A stretch of DNA of 64,000 nucleotides from assembly GCA_017428485.1 (NCBI GenBank), contig JAFRQT010000011.1, forward strand, positions 7,301 through 71,300, written 5' to 3'. How positions within the stretch are numbered: position 1 is the stretch's first letter; each line of letters begins with the position of its first letter. The notes beneath the pieces were generated by a model that saw only the letters and a list, made by a program, of their open reading frames with translations, did not search any database and was not told the origin of the DNA. The DNA comes from Bacilli bacterium (GTDB taxonomy: Bacteria; Bacillota_I; Bacilli_A; RF39; UBA660). This document shows, piece after piece, positions 57,991 to 64,000 of the stretch. Position numbers and translations under genes: made by a program.

Positions 57991-59268
57991 TTATTTTTTT
58001 TCTAGTAATTCACTTGAATATTTAATAATATTATCTTTTAATTCCTGATTATTATATTTTGTTAGCAATTCTATGTCATTTAAAATTCTATATATAATCA
58101 TTCTTTCTTCTAAAAATTTTACATTATTTAGCTCAGTATAATATTTTTTTATATATTTAAAGATATTCTTATAATCATCTTTCTTTTGATATGGATCCAT
58201 TTCTATATTAGCCCATTTATGAGGTGTGTCTTTGCACATGTATAATATTCTTAAGTCATAATCAAAAGGAGCAATCATTGAATCATTAAAATCTATTAAG
58301 TAATAGTTACCATTATAATACAATATATTATCAAAATGAAAATCATTATGTATAAATGAAAATCTATTATCTGTTAAATATTTATCATATAAATTAATTG
58401 AATCTAATATTATTTTTTGATTATTTAAATCAAAATACTTTCTTGTTTTATTAAAACACTCTTTTACTTTACTTTTAATATAATGGGTCCAATTTATATC
58501 TGAATTGATAATTTTGTGTATACTTTTTAACATTTTTACTAATTCTTTTATACATTCTTCTCTTTGACTTTCTGTCATTTTATACCAATAATAGTAAAGA
58601 GATTTTCCATTTATCTTTTCAATTATTTCATATACATAATTTACAACTTTTTTTGAATTATCATACTTATATAGTTTTGGTAAATATTTAGAATCTCTAT
58701 TAACAGAATAATATTTATATTCTTCTTCAAAAGTATCTTCCAATTTATCATTTGTACAAATCTTTATAATAAATTTTTCATCTACGCTAAATATGTCATT
58801 ATTAAATCCTGCATTTATTTCATATATATTGTGTTCATTATTACCAAATAAATCTATATTATTATCTACTATTGTTTTGGCAATGTCTAATCTTTTTTTA
58901 GTTAAGTCTTCTACTACTTCAAATATTTCAAATACTACTAAAGAATTATCATTAAAATTTTTATCTATTTTTTTAAAAAAATCAGTGTGTATTTTTCTAT
59001 AATATTCTAGTGACTTATCTCCTTCACCTTCTAGACATGCTAAATCTGAAGTGATATTTTTAAACTCTGTTACTATTATTTGTGTATCTTTTGTTATACA
59101 TGCTTTCTTTTCATTATCAAAAACAAGTATTCCCATATCTCCTGTTTTAGGCAAAGGCTCTTTTTCATCAATATATTCTTTATATAATGAAGTTGTTGCA
59201 GTTTTATCACCAGATAGTACTAATTTAATTAAATTATCATTATTACTTCCAAAATGCCAAGTTTCCAT
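57991..59268 (-). CDS. ASCH domain + aminoglycoside/choline phosphotransferase fusion
   Basis: LVLSGDKTATTS, EGEGDKSL (ASCH); GFNN, HNDFHFDN, LIDF (APH). Confidence 0.8.
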   Translation of the reverse strand: METWHFGSNNDNLIKLVLSGDKTATTSLYKEYIDEKEPLPKTGDMGILVFDNEKKACITKDTQIIVTEFKNITSDLACLEGEGDKSLEYYRKIHTDFFKKIDKNFNDNSLVVFEIFEVVEDLTKKRLDIAKTIVDNNIDLFGNNEHNIYEINAGFNNDIFSVDEKFIIKICTNDKLEDTFEEEYKYYSVNRDSKYLPKLYKYDNSKKVVNYVYEIIEKINGKSLYYYWYKMTESQREECIKELVKMLKSIHKIINSDINWTHYIKSKVKECFNKTRKYFDLNNQKIILDSINLYDKYLTDNRFSFIHNDFHFDNILYYNGNYYLIDFNDSMIAPFDYDLRILYMCKDTPHKWANIEMDPYQKKDDYKNIFKYIKKYYTELNNVKFLEERMIIYRILNDIELLTKYNNQELKDNIIKYSSELLEKK

Positions 59269-59335
59269 AGTTATCACCACATAATTATTATACATTATTA
59301 AAATAATATATGCTATAATTGATAAGGTGATTAAA

Positions 59336-60214
59336 GTGCCCGATTATAAAACGCATTCAATTCATAGCGAACTAGTATTTAATAATATTAGAAGAAGAAC
59401 AGATGTAAATTTAGAAAAAATAAAAGTTTTTTCATTTGGACCTGATACATTAATTAGTACCAATTATAAGTTATTTGATTATCAACATTCTCATAGAACT
59501 AAAGATTATTTTGAATCTTTACTAAAATATATAAAAGAAAATAAATTACAAGATAATAGCGAAGTTATGTCGTTTTTATATGGACAATTAGACCATTTTA
59601 TATTAGATGTTATTATTCATCCTTTAATTTATTATATGACAGAAAAGATGCCGGTTAAGTATAGATTAAAGCCACACACTTTACTTGAATTATGGATATC
59701 TGATTATGTTATGACTAGATATCAAAGAGAAAGAAAGGATTATTATAGTGGTGTAAAAATAAGTAAACAATTAAAAGATATTATTGATAGTTCATATAAA
59801 ACTGTGTATAAAAAAGATAATGTAGCTTCTCAATATGAAACTGGAATCGGGCACATAATTAAGTTTGACAGAATACGTTTTAGTGATAATAGACTGTTAA
59901 AAAGGATATGTAATAAATTAAAAATAGGAGATTTCTTTTATAAAAGAAATGGACATAGAGCACGCAGATTTTTAAATTTTAAACATGAAGTAATTACTAA
60001 TCCAGTTACTGGAGATGAATTTAAATCTTCTTTTGATGACTTGTGGTCAGAGTCAATTAATGTAGCAAGTGAATTAATTGATGATGTTAATAGATATTTA
60101 TATTTAGATAGACCTTTATGTAATTATTTCATAAATGGAAATATATCATATAATACAGGACTTCCATGCTGTGAAGAGGAAAGGTTTAGATTTGTAAGAA
60201 AATATAAACAATAA
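59336..60214 (+). CDS. zinc-dependent phospholipase C family protein
   Basis: MPD..TH, GPD, H, G..DH..LD...HP, H..LE. Confidence 0.75.
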   Translation: MPDYKTHSIHSELVFNNIRRRTDVNLEKIKVFSFGPDTLISTNYKLFDYQHSHRTKDYFESLLKYIKENKLQDNSEVMSFLYGQLDHFILDVIIHPLIYYMTEKMPVKYRLKPHTLLELWISDYVMTRYQRERKDYYSGVKISKQLKDIIDSSYKTVYKKDNVASQYETGIGHIIKFDRIRFSDNRLLKRICNKLKIGDFFYKRNGHRARRFLNFKHEVITNPVTGDEFKSSFDDLWSESINVASELIDDVNRYLYLDRPLCNYFINGNISYNTGLPCCEEERFRFVRKYKQ

Positions 60215-60231
60215 AAAATAGTTAGTAATAA

Positions 60232-60765
60232 CTATTTTTTTCTTAATATTCTAATACATTCATTCATGTCATTAATGCTCATTGTATTATAAGTAATAAC
60301 ACTATTATTTGGATAATATTCTTTCATTGCTTTCATATCATCAAGAACTACAAAATTATTTATTCGATGTTTATTTAAGGCAAATTGTATTTCTTTGGCT
60401 CTTATTAGTGCTAAATCATCACGTTCTTTTCCTTTTCCAAGCAAAGGTAAATCTTCAAGCCAATAACTATTTAAACCATGTATTTTTAATAGATCTGGCA
60501 TTTTGTATGGTTGATCAGGATTTCTCCAATCACTAGATACAATTATTTTAGAATCAGTCTCTTTTAAAGCATATTTAAGTCTTGCCACTGCTTGTTCATC
60601 CCAATCATAATATACTGAGGCAAGAGTAGAAAGATCATATTTTGAATAATCAGTATTATATCTTTTTGATAATAATCTTACTAAACTATTATCTACACTA
60701 ATAAACTGACTATCAGTATCATATGGTTGTAATACACCATCAATATCTAAAAAAACTATATTCAT
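60232..60765 (-). CDS. HAD-domain protein (HAD_SAK_2-like)
   Basis: FLDIDGVL, VSSDWR, R..EI, FVVLDD. Confidence 0.8.
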   Translation of the reverse strand: MNIVFLDIDGVLQPYDTDSQFISVDNSLVRLLSKRYNTDYSKYDLSTLASVYYDWDEQAVARLKYALKETDSKIIVSSDWRNPDQPYKMPDLLKIHGLNSYWLEDLPLLGKGKERDDLALIRAKEIQFALNKHRINNFVVLDDMKAMKEYYPNNSVITYNTMSINDMNECIRILRKK

Positions 60766-60810
60766 AATTTCTCCTTAATGGGTAATATTATAACACAAAA
60801 ATAAAGTAAA

Positions 60811-60838
60811 TCACACAAAAACTCTTTTTTCATACAAT
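60811..60838 (+). promoter_or_regulatory. putative mother-cell sporulation (sigmaE/sigmaK-type) promoter
   Basis: AC-16 nt-CATACAAT before the amidase gene. Confidence 0.45.
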
Positions 60839-60853
60839 ACATTAGGTGATATT

Positions 60854-61732
60854 ATGGCACTAAAAGGTATTGTTATAGATCCTGGACATGGTGGTTCTGA
60901 TCCGGGGGCAGTTGCAAATAATATAAAAGAAAAAGATTATGCTTTATTAATAAGCAAATATATGTATGATAGATTTAAAGAATTAGGAGTACCTGTAAGA
61001 TTAACTAGAGATACTGATATATCATTATCTCCAAAACAAAGAGCATCTAAAATTAAAGGTTTTTTTGGTACTGGCAAGGATGTAATAGTTATATCAAATC
61101 ATTTAAATGCAGGTAAAGGTGATGGGGCAGAGGTAATATATGCTCTTAGAAATACTGGGACTCTTTCTAAAAAAATATTAGATGAAATAGAAAAAGAGGG
61201 ACAAAATGCTAGAAAGTATTATCAGTTGAGACTTCCTAATAACCCAATAAAAGATTATTATTTTATACATAGAGATACGCCTAATAATGAAGCGGTTATT
61301 ATAGAATATGGTTTTGTTGATAGTCCTAAAGATGATGTTGAACAAATAAAAAATGATTATAAAAAATATGCAGAAGCAGTTGTAAGAGCGGTTTGCAATT
61401 ATAAAGGCATTAAGTATACTGCACCAATTGGTTCGAATTACTACACGGTTAAAAAAGGAGATAGTCTGTGGAGTATTGCGAATAAATATGGAACTACTAT
61501 TAAAAAGTTAAAAGAAATAAATAAATTATCTTCTGATTTATTGCAAATAGGCCAGGTTTTAAAAATAGGTGATAATACTGATAATTATTTAATGTATAAA
61601 GTGGTAAAAGGAGATAGTTTATGGAGTATTGCAAATAAATATAAAACTACTGTCAAAAAAATAAAAGAAATTAATAAATTGTCTTCCGATTTACTACAAA
61701 TAGGTCAGAATTTACTAATTCCTACTAATTAA
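60854..61732 (+). CDS. N-acetylmuramoyl-L-alanine amidase with two LysM domains
   Basis: IDPGHGGSDPGA, EK, TR..D, SNHLNA, IEYGF; 2x Y.V.KGDSLW. Confidence 0.92.
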   Translation: MALKGIVIDPGHGGSDPGAVANNIKEKDYALLISKYMYDRFKELGVPVRLTRDTDISLSPKQRASKIKGFFGTGKDVIVISNHLNAGKGDGAEVIYALRNTGTLSKKILDEIEKEGQNARKYYQLRLPNNPIKDYYFIHRDTPNNEAVIIEYGFVDSPKDDVEQIKNDYKKYAEAVVRAVCNYKGIKYTAPIGSNYYTVKKGDSLWSIANKYGTTIKKLKEINKLSSDLLQIGQVLKIGDNTDNYLMYKVVKGDSLWSIANKYKTTVKKIKEINKLSSDLLQIGQNLLIPTN

Positions 61733-61758
61733 AAAACTTATTTCAGCGAAATAAGTTT

Positions 61759-63306
61759 TTATGATGAAGCTATTATATTTATTAATTCTTCTTTTTTTAT
61801 TTTATTTTTTTGATTTAATTCAAATATCTTTTCAACTTCATCTAATGTGTAATTTAATTCTTCTTTATATGATTCAATTGTTTCATTATATAATGTATCT
61901 ATTTCTTTTCTTGCGGTATTACTTTCAACAATAAAATAAGTAAGCATTAATAATCCAATTACAAACATTGTAATACCAATACTAGAATTAAATAATGCAA
62001 CAATAATTCCTATAATAGAAAATGCTAATGAATAAATAGTTTTAGTACTAAATAATTTGTATTTTTCAGCACCTTTCTTAAATGGTTCTGAAATATAGTT
62101 TATCATTTTTTCAGTTATTTCTTCCCTTGAATGTTTCTTATTTACTTCAAGAGCCAAGTTATTGATTTCCAGCAATATAGTTTCTTTTTCTTCTTTTTTA
62201 GGATCTATATTTTTAAGCAAATAATCTTTTAAATAGTGTAATGAAAAATGTTTTAAATTATATTCATTATTTTTATTAAATAATATATTAATCATGATGC
62301 TATAAATATCAGTCTTTTTAGAATGATTATCTACTTCAGAGTATTCCTTATTAAGTAAGAATGCTTCATTTTTTGCAATGTTTTGTTCTAATTGTAATTC
62401 TTTTTCTTCTTTAATGTTTATTACTTGTTCTAACAAGTCTATATTTTTATTTTCTCCATAGTCATTAACTATATCATATAATTCACCATATTTTGATAAA
62501 GAGTTATATTCATCAATTAATTTATCATAATCTAAACAATACTCTTTTAAATATTTTGTTTCATCTGAATTTAATTTAATGTTTAAAATATTTATTTCTT
62601 CTTTGACTTTATTATTAATCATATCTACGATATCTTTATCTTTATTTAATTCATTTGTCCACTTATTAAAAAATTCATTAATTTTATTATAGAATGCTTT
62701 ATAATGTGATAAATTTTCTAGTATTAATACTGTTTTTTTACTTATTTCTTTTGGATTAATAGTTAATAAAAATTCTTCTAAATATTTTAAGGCTTCTTTT
62801 ATTTTATTAAATTTAATATATACTAGTGTCAATATTAAAGATGTATTATTTTTATTTAATTTACTTGCTTGATTAACTGCATTATTTAATGCTTTTTGAT
62901 CTCCTTTTATTTCAGCATTTATTGCAAATAAAATGTAAGTTAAGTAAAAATTAGGTAAATTAAAACTGTTTTGCTCTTCTTTTGTCAAAACTTCTTTATT
63001 ATTAACTAGTTCTAATATGCGTTCTCTGATTTGGTTTAATTTTGAATATTTTTTAAATAATTCATTAGTATCATTTTTTATTTCTTCTTTAGCTTTCTCA
63101 ATTAGTGGAGCAGCTTTCATCTCATCTATAAATGTTTTTAATTCATTTTCAAGTGATCTAACATTATTTTTAATATCATTTATTTCTTCATTATAATTTT
63201 CAACTTGTGAATTAATCCCATCTACATTATTAGTGATATTTTCAATGCTTTTAGATAAACTATTGATATTAGTTTTAAATGATTCAATATCTTTTTTATT
63301 AGCCAT
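61759..63306 (-). CDS. hypothetical coiled-coil/helical protein with C-terminal TM pair
   Basis: N-terminal heptads; TPR-like segment; two hydrophobic helices. Confidence 0.7.
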   Translation of the reverse strand: MANKKDIESFKTNINSLSKSIENITNNVDGINSQVENYNEEINDIKNNVRSLENELKTFIDEMKAAPLIEKAKEEIKNDTNELFKKYSKLNQIRERILELVNNKEVLTKEEQNSFNLPNFYLTYILFAINAEIKGDQKALNNAVNQASKLNKNNTSLILTLVYIKFNKIKEALKYLEEFLLTINPKEISKKTVLILENLSHYKAFYNKINEFFNKWTNELNKDKDIVDMINNKVKEEINILNIKLNSDETKYLKEYCLDYDKLIDEYNSLSKYGELYDIVNDYGENKNIDLLEQVINIKEEKELQLEQNIAKNEAFLLNKEYSEVDNHSKKTDIYSIMINILFNKNNEYNLKHFSLHYLKDYLLKNIDPKKEEKETILLEINNLALEVNKKHSREEITEKMINYISEPFKKGAEKYKLFSTKTIYSLAFSIIGIIVALFNSSIGITMFVIGLLMLTYFIVESNTARKEIDTLYNETIESYKEELNYTLDEVEKIFELNQKNKIKKEELINIIASS

Positions 63307-63367
63307 CAATACCACCTCACTTTATTCTCATATTAATTATAGCATAGTTTTTTTTAAAATAATAGTG

Positions 63368-63796
63368 TTAGTGAAGTTCTGAGCAAACCCCTGGATCAGG
63401 TTCATAAAAGCAATGTCCTTTATATCTGCCAGCATTTTTTTGATTAAACCATTTAGACTTGCAATCTTGGCTTTTACTTGGAGAATAAAACCATAATGCA
63501 TTTGTAGCAGGATGATAGTATTCACCTTTCAATACACGCTTTGCTAAATCCTTTTCTTTTGTTGTTGCACTACCGCTATTAAATAATGAACTACTTGTAC
63601 CTACAAAACCTCCTGGATTTTGATATATAACATCAGTAATTGTTCTTATATTTTTAAAATCTAAACATTTTGCAATAGCTCTATTAACAATAACATTACC
63701 TACCATTAGCATTCCAAGATCTCCCTCTGCTAAAGCTTCTGCCCTCATAAGCCTTGCACATAAATCTAATTCCTTGTTACTATATTTTAATAACAT
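63368..63796 (-). CDS. cwlJ: spore cortex-lytic enzyme CwlJ
   Basis: ARLMRAEA..EG..GML.VGNV..NR..C.DFK, LWF, W.NQ...R.K.HCFY. Confidence 0.85.
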   Translation of the reverse strand: MLLKYSNKELDLCARLMRAEALAEGDLGMLMVGNVIVNRAIAKCLDFKNIRTITDVIYQNPGGFVGTSSSLFNSGSATTKEKDLAKRVLKGEYYHPATNALWFYSPSKSQDCKSKWFNQKNAGRYKGHCFYEPDPGVCSELH

Positions 63797-63881
63797 ATTA
63801 TCACCTACAATATTTTATTCAGTTTTACTAGTATTTGGTAATTATTAGTGTATAATAGTTATATAAGTTAAGGAGGTTACT

Positions 63882-64000
63882 ATGACAAAAGAATTATGCA
63901 AAGAAGCTTTTCTGCTTGTAGTAAGCAACTATTATAATGAACTATGTGGAGATAATGTTCAGTTAAAGGATGAATTAGATGTAACTTATTGTCTTACTGG
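63882..64000 (+). CDS. partial hypothetical protein (runs off the window)
   Basis: AGGAGG RBS; MTKELCKEAFLLVVSNYYNELCG... Confidence 0.6.
   Translation, partial: MTKELCKEAFLLVVSNYYNELCGDNVQLKDELDVTYCLT

Noticed and set aside
61441-61725. Direct repeat of about 130 bp in the amidase gene
   Set aside because: Ordinary duplicated LysM domains.

Overview
AT-rich, standard-code chromosomal window from a low-GC Firmicute. Sporulation remnants (spoIID, spoIIQ, cwlJ) and the gene style suggest an RF39-like gut Bacilli lineage (inference). 1-12.5 kb: a SipW/TasA-like surface-fibre cluster with two intact SipW peptidases, one degenerate SipW, five SipW-class substrates and the tail of a giant protein. 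A membrane-anchored McrB-like AAA+ NTPase and an apparently nuclease-less DUF2357 partner sit inside it. 12.6-35.9 kb: mostly core genes (rpsF-ssb-rpsR, dusB, rplM-rpsI, htrA, P-type ATPase, rpiB, spoIID-spoIIQ, cspA, hpf, secA), plus an Abi_2/HEPN gene and a convergent agrAC/agrBD system whose 38-aa AgrD is missing from the ORF track. 35.8-44.9 kb: an accessory island directly after secA. The last 14 codons of secA recur at 38972 and 40186, flanked by arm-type direct repeats, with no integrase; this reads as a tandem array of non-autonomous integrative cassettes. A second repeated motif follows several cassette stop codons, and the island carries an 18-Cys metallothionein-like gene next to a CDF exporter. 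44.9-64 kb: prs, SirTM, rdgB, a complete NAD salvage operon (pncA-pncB-Nudix-nadE-nadD-pncC-nrtR) with a structured/palindromic leader, trxB and cell-wall hydrolases. No rRNA, tRNA or CRISPR array was seen. All family calls come from visual motif recognition, not database searches.
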